Assembly: GCA_964597885.1 (NCBI GenBank)
Contig: CAZQZX010000008.1
Coordinates: 576 to 64,575 of the forward strand
Length of the DNA stretch: 64,000 nt
Direction: 5' to 3'
Source of the DNA: an uncultured Planctomycetota bacterium
GTDB taxonomy: Bacteria; Planctomycetota; JACOTG01; JAUIME01
Shown here: piece by piece, positions 46,605 through 55,253 of the stretch
Numbering within the stretch: position 1 is the first letter of the stretch
Layout: every line of letters starts with the position of its first letter
Notes under the pieces: generated by a model
What the model was told of the DNA's origin: nothing
Databases searched by the model: none
Seen by the model: only the letters and a program-made list of their open reading frames with translations
Program-made: the position numbers and the translations under genes

Positions 46605-47876
46605 ATGAAACGTGCACACTCGTGGATGCTGGTCCTGCTGGCAACGACCCTGATGCCCCCTGGGGTCTTCGCCGTCGAGGAAGGGGAGCGCGAATCCAAG
46701 CCCGAGCTCACGTCGGACGAATCGACCGATCGTGGCGGCGATGGCAACGACGCGATGGTGCGGGGGCGAGCGCTCCTGCAGCAGGGGCGATTCGAGGAGG
46801 CCGCCCGGCACTTCGAAGGAATGACGAAGCGCCAGCCCGATGTCGGTGAGGCCTGGTTCAATCTCGGTTGGGCCGTCCACGCGCTCGGCCGCTACAACGA
46901 CGCGGTCGGAATCCATCGCAAGGCGGCGATGTTCCCCGAGTGGAAGCCGTCGGCTCTCTACAACCTGGCGAGCGCCTACGGGAGCATCGGGATGACGAAC
47001 CACGCACTCGGCGCCCTGGAGCAGGCGCGACGAGCCGGATTCAACGACCAGAACATCCTGAAGCAGGATCCGGCGATGGCCGCCGTGCGAAAGCACGAAC
47101 GCTTCGTGGCGCCTCGCAAGCTCGAGGTGAAGCGGCTCGTCGACGAGGGCGGCGAGCTTACCGTGCTCGAAGTGAAGCGCGATGGCGACGGCGATCGCGG
47201 CAACGACGACGAGCGCCGCGAGGACAAGGCCGAGTACGTCCGGGCCGAGAATGGGGAAGAGCAGAAGGACGAGAAGGAAGAAGGCGGCCTCGTCTTTGCC
47301 GTCCAGACGCCTCATGGATTCGACGCGTCGAAGTCGTACCCGGTTCTGCTGGCGTTCGCGCCCGGCGGATCGGTGCAGGGCGGCTTCAACTCGTACTGGG
47401 GAGAGGCGGCGGCGACGCGCGGCTGGATCGTCGTGAGTCCGGCCACGCCCGAAGGCGGTTTCGGTACCGACGGCGGTCGCGAGCTCCTTACGGGTCTGCT
47501 CACGGCCATGCGGATGCACTTCAAGGTCGAAGGCGACCGCATCCACGTCGCGGGCGCGGGGGACAGCGCCTCGGACGCGTTCCGCTGTGCGATCGAGCAC
47601 GCCGACGCCTGCCGGTCGCTGACGGTGTTTCCCGGCTTCGCGAGCGACGACGACAGAGAGCACCTCGACCGTCTCGCGAGCGTCCGGGTGAACCTTTTCG
47701 TCGGCGAGAAGGACGGGGACTACCTCGAGATGGTGAAGGCGACCCAGCAGCAGCTCGAGAAGCACCGCGTCGCGTCGAAGCTCGAGGTGGTGGAGGGTAG
47801 CGGTCGGCAGATCCGCGACCTCCTCGCCGACAACTTCATGGAGTTCATGGAAGAGCAGCGGATCGCGCGCCGCTAG
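46605..47876 (+). CDS. Secreted TPR + alpha/beta-hydrolase-like protein (nucleophile apparently missing)
   Basis: GGAGG SD; signal peptide; TPRs (AWFNLGW, ALYNLASA); esterase-like PHGFDASKSYPVLLAF, GWIVVSP, DRIHVAGAGDSA. Confidence 0.8.
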   Translation: MKRAHSWMLVLLATTLMPPGVFAVEEGERESKPELTSDESTDRGGDGNDAMVRGRALLQQGRFEEAARHFEGMTKRQPDVGEAWFNLGWAVHALGRYNDAVGIHRKAAMFPEWKPSALYNLASAYGSIGMTNHALGALEQARRAGFNDQNILKQDPAMAAVRKHERFVAPRKLEVKRLVDEGGELTVLEVKRDGDGDRGNDDERREDKAEYVRAENGEEQKDEKEEGGLVFAVQTPHGFDASKSYPVLLAFAPGGSVQGGFNSYWGEAAATRGWIVVSPATPEGGFGTDGGRELLTGLLTAMRMHFKVEGDRIHVAGAGDSASDAFRCAIEHADACRSLTVFPGFASDDDREHLDRLASVRVNLFVGEKDGDYLEMVKATQQQLEKHRVASKLEVVEGSGRQIRDLLADNFMEFMEEQRIARR

Positions 47877-48217
47877 CGAGCGCCGCATACCCGCGCTGGA
47901 GCCAGATCGAGAAGAAGAGAAATCGTGCCGCGGCGAGCAGCCCGACCCTCATGAATCAAGGTTTCGTCGCCTGAAAACGGGTGCTCGCCGCACTTTTTCT
48001 CTTCCTTCTTTTCTGGCCTTCTCCCGCAAAGCATAGGCCCTAACCGTGGCGACCCGCCCGGCGCGGTATCGTAGCCATCGGTTCCCCTCCGGCGAATTTT
48101 TCTCGAGTCACGTGTAAGCCTCATCGCGAATCCCTCAGGAAGCGAATGAGGGAGTACGACGGCGTGCCTCCTCGTGCCATCCACAGAATTGGATCCGTCT
48201 AGTCATGGAGGAGTGTC

Positions 48218-49723
48218 ATGTACCCGCGCAAAGCTCTCACGAAGGTTCTTCTCGCTGCGACCGTATTCTCGACCTTTCTCTGGGCCAGTCCCGTCGGGGC
48301 ACAGCCCAACCCGCAGCACCAGCAGAAGCTACAGAACATGGTTTGCAAGCGGTTCGGCGCCTACCAGAGAAGGATCCCGAGCATCTTTCCCGACTTCACC
48401 AGCCGAGCCACGTTCGAGGCGCTGGTCAAGGCTTCGCCGCCGCGCGGGGCTTCACCGACGTTGAATCGATTCATCGAATCGCTCAGGAAGGAGGCGATTG
48501 CGATGGGCGCGGACACAGGCAGCGATGCCATGGACGCCGTCGCGGCTTGGATCGAGGAGAGGACCAGGGCCGAATGCGAGCGAACCGACGACCTAGCCGG
48601 ACTCCCGACTCGGGATAACGTCACGCTTATCGTCTGCGGACGTGTCGACGCCTATCATGAGCACTGGACGACGGCCGCTACGGAGCGTTTCGTGCTGGCG
48701 CTCAGAAACGAGCTGGAGCGTCGATCGAGCGTGTTCGCCTTTGAGGCATCGCTAGAAGGAGCTCCCGTAGACTCGGATGAACTCTCCCTCTACTGCCGGG
48801 AGGCGGCGAGTCGGGCAGGCGACTTCGCTCAGCAGATGATCGATCAACGCTTCGCGCAGGGTCGACGTCGTCTGTGCAGTGCCTTGGAGCAGGGTGTCCT
48901 CGACGATGCCCCGGTCGTCCTCTCGGAGTACCACGTTGAGGATGATCGCTACCCCGGTCAGCAAGTGGGCCTCGACGCGGGCGTGTACCACCAGTTCGAC
49001 TTCGGGGTCTCGACCATTGCAGTCCGGGAGGGATTCGTCGCCCAAATCACGGATATCTTCGGTTTCGCTCAGTCCATCCGGGGGCCAAGAGAAGTCTTCG
49101 TCGGTAGTCAGAGCGAGAACAACTTGATCGAAGTTTTCGTCCGTCCTGAGGATACATCGGACGACAAACGTGGACGGCAGGAGCTACTCGAGGAGCGAAG
49201 GAAGCTCGAGGAGGAACTGAACGAAGCGCGGGCGAATCTCGAGGCCGCGACGGACGAGGAAATGCGGGCCTTCGATTCTCTCATCGAGCTCGAGGCTACG
49301 CTCGAGAGCATCGCGAGCGAGCTCGACGCCAAGTCTGAAGAAGCACTGTCGACTTACACGGAGATGAGAACGCACCTCGAGGAGGTTCGCGCGGCCGATG
49401 AAGTTCGGAAAGCCCTGGCGCTCCTTGTGAACCGGTACCCGGTGGGACACCCCGAACGCCGGTCCCTCGAGAGTCGACTCGAGCATTACGAGACCGAGTT
49501 CGATTCGCTGATGGGGGAGCTTAGCGAGATCTCGGCGCGCTACGATGCCCTTTCCGCGGAGATCGACGCGCTCCGCGCCGAGGGGGGGCGGCTATGGCTG
49601 ACGCTGTCCGACGTGCGACAGGAAGCGGCCCTTGCCACGGTCGAACGAGCCTCGACGGAGAGTAAGATGAACGACATTGAGGCCGCCCTCGTCGGGATCG
49701 AGGATGCCCTCGCGCGGCTGTGA
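48218..49723 (+). CDS. Orphan secreted protein with long C-terminal coiled coil
   Basis: SD GGAGGAG; signal peptide; heptad-rich C-terminal third; atypical codons (CTA, AGA, GTA). Confidence 0.72.
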   Translation: MYPRKALTKVLLAATVFSTFLWASPVGAQPNPQHQQKLQNMVCKRFGAYQRRIPSIFPDFTSRATFEALVKASPPRGASPTLNRFIESLRKEAIAMGADTGSDAMDAVAAWIEERTRAECERTDDLAGLPTRDNVTLIVCGRVDAYHEHWTTAATERFVLALRNELERRSSVFAFEASLEGAPVDSDELSLYCREAASRAGDFAQQMIDQRFAQGRRRLCSALEQGVLDDAPVVLSEYHVEDDRYPGQQVGLDAGVYHQFDFGVSTIAVREGFVAQITDIFGFAQSIRGPREVFVGSQSENNLIEVFVRPEDTSDDKRGRQELLEERRKLEEELNEARANLEAATDEEMRAFDSLIELEATLESIASELDAKSEEALSTYTEMRTHLEEVRAADEVRKALALLVNRYPVGHPERRSLESRLEHYETEFDSLMGELSEISARYDALSAEIDALRAEGGRLWLTLSDVRQEAALATVERASTESKMNDIEAALVGIEDALARL

Positions 49724-49803
49724 GAGCGAGATGTTCTTTCGAGTCCGACCCCGGTTCCGATCGTTCGATCGGGCCGGGGTTCTTTTCGTTCGGACGAGAA
49801 CGA

Positions 49804-51684
49804 TCAGTGGAGCGGATCGCGGAGGCGATACAGACGATACGCGCGATCGAGGATGCCCTCGAACTCGGGAAGGCCGCGAAGCGACGCGAAGTCCGTATCG
49901 GTGCGGACGCTCTGCGGATCCCAGTAGCCGATCCCGAACGACCGCTCGAGGCTTCCGAGGGCCTGGGCCGTGCGGCCGAGGCGCGCCTGGCAGCAGGCGA
50001 GATTGTAGAGCGCCATCTTCTTGTCGGCGGAGAACTCGCGCGTCTTCCACGCGTCGGCGCGCTGGATCGCCTGGCGGTTCGCGTCGATGGCGAGCTCGAG
50101 GTTTCCCGACTCGGCAAGGACGTAACCGAGGAGCGCCCATGCGCTCGCGTTGGCAGGCGTCGCGGCGACGATCCGACGGAGGGTGACTTCGGCCGCGACC
50201 GTGTCGCCGGATTCGATCTGGTGCTGCGCTAGAGAGAGGGGTGGAACGGTGCCGTCGGATTCGGGCGTGGCACCGACCGTCGCGTCGTCGTCGGTCGGGT
50301 GGGTTTCTCGGGAATCGTCCTCGGATTCCGCGACGCGGGGCTTGGCTTCGGCGGGATCGTTGTCCGTCGCGGGCGGCGTCGTCGCTTCGGGCTCGGCGGG
50401 CGCTTCGCTCGCGAAGGTGCTCGGACCGGGCTCGTGCGCGTAGGGGATCGGACCGTCGGCGCGGCTCCACGGCTGGATCGCGGCGAGGACCGTGACCAGC
50501 GAGGCCATCGTCAGCATCGTCGGCAGGGCGGCGCGCGGGTTCAGCCGGCGCTTGCGCGGATGGAGGATCGAGATGAGGCGACCCTCGAGCTCGGAGCGCG
50601 AAGCCATGGCGAGCGTCGCGGCCGGCAGGCGAGAGCGTCGACCCAGACTCGCGCGCGCGACGTCCAGCAGATGGCTCGCGTAATCGGAGGGGCGCGTGCC
50701 GAGGGCGATGACGTCGTCGTCGCAGGCGTGCTCGCGTTCGGCGGCCAGGCGGCGCGCCGAGATCCACATCAGTGGATGGAACCAGAAGATCGAGCACGCG
50801 ATCTGTGCGAGGACCTGAAGCAGCCAGTCGCCGCGCTTCACGTGGACGAGCTCGTGCAGGAGGACGACGCGCCGTCGGTCGTCGGACCAGCTTCGAGCCG
50901 CCTCCGGCATCAGGACGACGGGATTCCAGTGGCCCATGGTCATCGGAGTGGGGACGCGTGCGTTGTCGAGCAGCCGCACGCGCGAGCGAAGCGACGTTCG
51001 GCGACACGCTTCACGGACCAGGCGCTTCCACCCGCGGTCGCGCAGCGGGACACCCGCGGCGGCGATCCCGCGCGCTCGAGACCAGGCGACGAGAAGCGTC
51101 GCCGCCATGACCACCATTCCGGAGATCCAGGTCGCGACCAGCAGCGCACTCCATGCGAACGATCCGAAGGCGGGGTCCGGCTCGGTGTCGATTCCCGTGC
51201 CGGTTGCGGTTCCCTCGGCGGGATCGGAGGCGATGTCGGCTTGTGCGAGTACGGGCTCACGGTCCGCGGTCGAAAGCTCGGGCAGCCTGTCGATCGCGCC
51301 GACCAGCGAAGGAACCGCACTCGGTAGCGCACCGACCGGAAGCAGGCGGTTCGGGATCTCGCCCGGCTGACGCGTTCGCGAGAGCTCGGGGAACGAAGAC
51401 GTGGAAGCGAGCGAGTCCGCGGAATCCGGATTCGACGCGGTCTCGGGCGGCATCGGCGAGGTGACGTCACGCGGTGGGGCGGGGAGCAACGGAATCCGCC
51501 ACTCGGGAGTGATCATCGCGAGCGTCGGGAGGGCGAGCACGCCGAGGATTGCGACCGTCCACATTCGATACCGGACCCGTGCCGCCGTGCCGCGCAGCAA
51601 TCGATCGGCGACGATCGCGAGACCGAGCAGGATCGTGGTCTTGATCGCGAGCTCGATCAGCCACATCGACACGTCGGTGAACAT
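49804..51684 (-). CDS. BlaR1/MecR1-type M56 metallopeptidase with C-terminal TPR domain
   Basis: VLLHELVHVKRGDW, WFHPLMW, EHACDD, LEGRLISIL; C-terminal ALYNLACCQARLG...DTDFASLR. Confidence 0.9.
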   Translation of the reverse strand: MFTDVSMWLIELAIKTTILLGLAIVADRLLRGTAARVRYRMWTVAILGVLALPTLAMITPEWRIPLLPAPPRDVTSPMPPETASNPDSADSLASTSSFPELSRTRQPGEIPNRLLPVGALPSAVPSLVGAIDRLPELSTADREPVLAQADIASDPAEGTATGTGIDTEPDPAFGSFAWSALLVATWISGMVVMAATLLVAWSRARGIAAAGVPLRDRGWKRLVREACRRTSLRSRVRLLDNARVPTPMTMGHWNPVVLMPEAARSWSDDRRRVVLLHELVHVKRGDWLLQVLAQIACSIFWFHPLMWISARRLAAEREHACDDDVIALGTRPSDYASHLLDVARASLGRRSRLPAATLAMASRSELEGRLISILHPRKRRLNPRAALPTMLTMASLVTVLAAIQPWSRADGPIPYAHEPGPSTFASEAPAEPEATTPPATDNDPAEAKPRVAESEDDSRETHPTDDDATVGATPESDGTVPPLSLAQHQIESGDTVAAEVTLRRIVAATPANASAWALLGYVLAESGNLELAIDANRQAIQRADAWKTREFSADKKMALYNLACCQARLGRTAQALGSLERSFGIGYWDPQSVRTDTDFASLRGLPEFEGILDRAYRLYRLRDPLH

Positions 51685-51700
51685 ACGGCGGCCCCTCGGC

Positions 51701-52090
51701 TCAGCGACCTTCCGAGCGCGCGCTCTCGATCATTTCCGAGAGTCGTTCGAGCTCTTCCTCGCTGAGGTCCGTGTTCTTCAGATCGAGCAGCGCTGCCATC
51801 ATGTTGCCGGCGGAGCCGTCGAAGAACGTGTTCATCATGTGCTTCAGCGCCGACTGGCTCGCCTTTTCGCGAGGGACGGTCGGCAGATAGACGTAGCGGG
51901 GGCCGTCGTTGCGGTGCTTGAGGTGACCCTTCTCCTCGAGCACGCGAAGCGTCGCGCGTACGGCCGAGTAGCTCGGCGGCGACGCCATTCCCGAGCGGAT
52001 CTCGGCGGCGGTCGCCTGACCGGCCGTGTAGATGATGTCCATCATCTCCCGCTCGCGTCGACTGAGCTGTGAAGGCTTGGCCTTGCCCAT
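51701..52090 (-). CDS. BlaI/MecI/CopY-family repressor
   Basis: LSRREREMMDIIY, YSAVRATLRVLEEKGHL, GPRYVY, FFDGS. Confidence 0.93.
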   Translation of the reverse strand: MGKAKPSQLSRREREMMDIIYTAGQATAAEIRSGMASPPSYSAVRATLRVLEEKGHLKHRNDGPRYVYLPTVPREKASQSALKHMMNTFFDGSAGNMMAALLDLKNTDLSEEELERLSEMIESARSEGR

Positions 52091-52159
52091 GGTTCTCCCG
52101 GATCCATTCTTCCAAGGATGATCGCCCGCGCGGTCTCCGAAGCCGCGCGAGATGGTGGA

Positions 52160-52188
52160 ATTTTAGCAGGGCCGGCATCCGGGGTCAA
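52160..52188 (-). promoter_or_regulatory. Putative sigma70 promoter TTGACC-N17-TAAAAT for blaI-M56
   Basis: Minus-strand hexamers at 52188-52183 and 52165-52160. Confidence 0.65.
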
Positions 52189-52245
52189 CGATCAGGTGGG
52201 CGAATCCGCTTCGGTCGATCCGGCGAGGAGTGGTACGATGCGCGC

Positions 52246-53112
52246 ATGAAACGGGAGATCGACAGGCCGACGTTCATCGTCAGTCCCCACCGGAGCGGCT
52301 CCACGCTGCTGTACGGAATCCTCGGGGCGCATCCGGATCTCGGCTACTACAACCGGGCCAACCGGCGCATGCCGCAGTTCCCCGCGGTGGCGCGGCTCGC
52401 GACCCGTCTCGGCTTCCGCGATGATCCCATGGAGGCGCAGCGCATCTGGGATCGCTTCTGGGATGGGACGGACGACGTGATGGACGCGTCGCACGCGACG
52501 CCCGAAGCGTGCGAGTGGTATCGCGAATCGGTCGCGCGGGTGCTCGAGCTGCGCGGCGCCCGCCGGTTCCTCGCCAAGTATCCGCGACTGTCGCTTCGGC
52601 TCGCCTGGCTCGACGCGATTTTCCCGGACGCGATCTTCCTGCACCTCGTCCGCGACTGGCGGGCGGTCGTCAACTCCACGACGGCGCGTATCGTCAAGCG
52701 CGAGCAGCGCGGGGGGGGATGGTTCGGCGTGCGCATCCCCGGATGGCAAGATCCCGAGCTCGAGAATCAGCCCCCGGAAGTCGTGGCCGGACGCGTGTAT
52801 CGCTACGTGACGAAGGCTCTCGAGACCGAGGGACCGAAGTTCGGCGACCGATACTTCCGCGTCAGCTACGAAGACATCTGCGCCCGTCCGCGCCAGGTCG
52901 TTCGCGAGATCGCCGATCGGTGCGACTGGCCGTGGAGCGACGAGTTCGAGTCGACGGTGCCCGCCGAGCTCCGCAGCGCCAACGCGAAGTGGCGAGAGCG
53001 ACTCGATCCCGAGCTCATCGAGCAGATCCGATCCGAGGATCCCGAGTTCTACGCGCGCTACGAGTCGGCCGATGCCACGCCGGTCGCCGGCTCCGGCTCC
53101 GGCTCCGCCTAG
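52246..53112 (+). CDS. Sulfotransferase family protein
   Basis: PAPS-binding SPHRSGSTLLY and HLVRDWRAVVNS; VSYEDIC. Confidence 0.88.
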   Translation: MKREIDRPTFIVSPHRSGSTLLYGILGAHPDLGYYNRANRRMPQFPAVARLATRLGFRDDPMEAQRIWDRFWDGTDDVMDASHATPEACEWYRESVARVLELRGARRFLAKYPRLSLRLAWLDAIFPDAIFLHLVRDWRAVVNSTTARIVKREQRGGGWFGVRIPGWQDPELENQPPEVVAGRVYRYVTKALETEGPKFGDRYFRVSYEDICARPRQVVREIADRCDWPWSDEFESTVPAELRSANAKWRERLDPELIEQIRSEDPEFYARYESADATPVAGSGSGSA

Positions 53113-53130
53113 CGGTTCGCGCCGCTCTGC

Positions 53131-55092
53131 CTAGCGGTTCCCGCCGGATGGCTTGGGCACGGTTTCGACCGCCGGCGCTGCCGCCGCCGGCTCCATTCCG
53201 ACGATCGCGAGCAGGATCGAGATCGCGCCGGTCGGCGTGAACAGGTCGAGGCACACATCCTCGTCGCTTCGACTCGCGCCGAGCGCCATCGCCGAGAAGT
53301 GCTGCGCCATCGTCGTCGGTGACGGCATCTTCGCCGGATCGAGCGTGGGGCCTCCCCCGGCGGGGAAGATCATCGAGTTGAGCCCGAGGGTCAGCCCGAT
53401 CGGTAGCGTGCGCTTCAGGTCGACGTAGAGCAGGAGCCCGAGATCGTCGAGCGGGAAGATCTTGCCGAGTCGCGCGAGCCCGGGATCCGTCGTCGGATTG
53501 CCGCTCGAGGACGCGAGCTTCGTGAGGTGCGCCTGGAGCGCGGGGAATCCGAGCAGCGCCGCGTGAAGCTTTCCGCCCTCGATCGTGAGCGCGGGCTGGA
53601 ACGGCATCCCGGGAAGCGACAGCGTCGTGGCCTTGCGTCCGCCGGTGAGCGCCATCTCTCCGAACGAGAGCTGACCCTGGCCTTCGCGCGCCAGCTCCTT
53701 GAATCGCTCGAGGAGCTTCGCGAAGCCCTGCTCGTCGCCCAGCGTCATCGTCAGGACGGCGTTCGGGATGGGGCCCATCATCGCGCCGATCTCGAAGTCG
53801 ATCTCGTCGCCGAGGGAGCCGATGATGTCGTCGAGCGGCCCGAGGACGCTGACGGCGTCGATCGGTGCGAGCAGCCGCCTCTCGATACCGGTCCGCGATC
53901 CGGGGAGCACCGACTCGGTGATGAACTTCATCGTCGCTTCGTGCGCGGCGCGAACATCGAAGTGCGCGCCGGCGAAGGCGAGCATGCCCGGCGTCGCGGT
54001 GTCGAGGGCTTCGATACCCCCGCCGAATGCGGCGAGCTGCGCGAGCATCCCGCGCGGCTCGCGGATCGCGATGCGGAACGTGTCGCGGATGCCGCCGTCG
54101 ACCATCGACATGCCGTAGGAGAGCCCCTCGATGCCGTCGATGCCGAGGAGCGCGAGCTCGTCGAAGAGCAGCGGCGGGGCGAGCGGTCGAGCCATGGCGA
54201 AGAGCCGCTTCAAGCTGACGTACGCCTCTACCACCGAGGCACCCTCGAGCGTGCGGGCGCGACTGCGCTGGAAGTCCGCATCCGCGGCGAGCGGCCGTTC
54301 GATGTCATTCCCACGAAGCATCGACGCCATACGCTCGCGATCTCCGGCGAGGATCCATCGCTCGGGAGTCGCGTAGACGAAGAAACGAGTCGGCAGAAGT
54401 CCCTGGCGAAAGCGCAGAGTCGCCTGGATCTCGTGGATCTGCCGGCCTTCAATTTCGGTCGAGCCGCGCGTCATGTTGCCGGGCAGGCTCATGAGCATCG
54501 TCGTGGCGAGCTGGTGCAGCGACGGCCCGCTGTCGAGATCGATTGCGAAGTCGAGAGAGATCGTCGGGTCGGCGAGGGGCTTTCCGTTCACGCGCGACTG
54601 GGTCAGCAGCAATCGGTGGATCAGATAAGAGCGCACCGGCTCGCGGCCCGAGAGGCGGAGTCGTTCCACCTTTCCGGAATCGTCCACGAGCTCGACGAGC
54701 AGACCGCTCACGCCGGCTTCGAGTCGTCCGGGAAGGAAGTCCGCGAGCACGCTGTCGAGGAGGCCCTGCAAAAGCGCGTCGATCGGGGGAGCTGATTCTC
54801 CGTCCACCGCGTCGACCCCGACCGGCACCGGAAGCTGCCGCACGAGCGGGGCGAGAAATTCGCGCACCTCCGGCTCGCCCAGGAGCTTGGCGATCGAGAG
54901 CGAGCGCAGGTTCTTCGAGAGCGCGCCGGTGTCGATCGACACGTACGCGAGCGTGTCCTCGGGAAGCTTCTTGTCGAGCCTGGACTCGCCGGCCCGCGAA
55001 GCCGTCGCGCCGACCGCGACGACGAGCCAAGCCAGGACGAGCTTCGGGAAGATCGAAACGGGACGGGATTCGGACGGGGACGTCGGATGCAC
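53131..55092 (-). CDS. Secreted hypothetical protein (DUF3352-like)
   Basis: Signal-like KLVLAWLVVAVGATASRA; LPEDTLAYVSID; alpha/beta repeats; family resemblance is weak. Confidence 0.65.
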   Translation of the reverse strand: MHPTSPSESRPVSIFPKLVLAWLVVAVGATASRAGESRLDKKLPEDTLAYVSIDTGALSKNLRSLSIAKLLGEPEVREFLAPLVRQLPVPVGVDAVDGESAPPIDALLQGLLDSVLADFLPGRLEAGVSGLLVELVDDSGKVERLRLSGREPVRSYLIHRLLLTQSRVNGKPLADPTISLDFAIDLDSGPSLHQLATTMLMSLPGNMTRGSTEIEGRQIHEIQATLRFRQGLLPTRFFVYATPERWILAGDRERMASMLRGNDIERPLAADADFQRSRARTLEGASVVEAYVSLKRLFAMARPLAPPLLFDELALLGIDGIEGLSYGMSMVDGGIRDTFRIAIREPRGMLAQLAAFGGGIEALDTATPGMLAFAGAHFDVRAAHEATMKFITESVLPGSRTGIERRLLAPIDAVSVLGPLDDIIGSLGDEIDFEIGAMMGPIPNAVLTMTLGDEQGFAKLLERFKELAREGQGQLSFGEMALTGGRKATTLSLPGMPFQPALTIEGGKLHAALLGFPALQAHLTKLASSSGNPTTDPGLARLGKIFPLDDLGLLLYVDLKRTLPIGLTLGLNSMIFPAGGGPTLDPAKMPSPTTMAQHFSAMALGASRSDEDVCLDLFTPTGAISILLAIVGMEPAAAAPAVETVPKPSGGNR

Positions 55093-55253
55093 GGGGGAGC
55101 CTCCTCGATTCTCGGGCGCCGGCCGAGTGGCCGGTCGGAACCGCGTTCTATCCCGCAGGGCCGCCCCGTGTCAATGGCGGTGGGGCTTCGGGGGATGTAC
55201 GGCTCGCGGAAGGAACCGGAGAACCTGCCGCGTCTCACACGTATAATGGGTCG

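Noticed and set aside
48025-48085. CGCAAAGCATAGGCCCTAA...GTAGCC resembling the 3' half of a c-di-GMP-I riboswitch
   Set aside because: The 5' GGCAAA/P2 GNRA arm is absent and P3 pairing is poor; an Infernal search against the Rfam model would settle it.
53107-53140. 12-bp direct repeat GCCTAGCGGTTC between convergent stops as a target-site duplication
   Set aside because: Copies are only 10 nt apart with no element between them; each contains a stop codon; likely a small local duplication.
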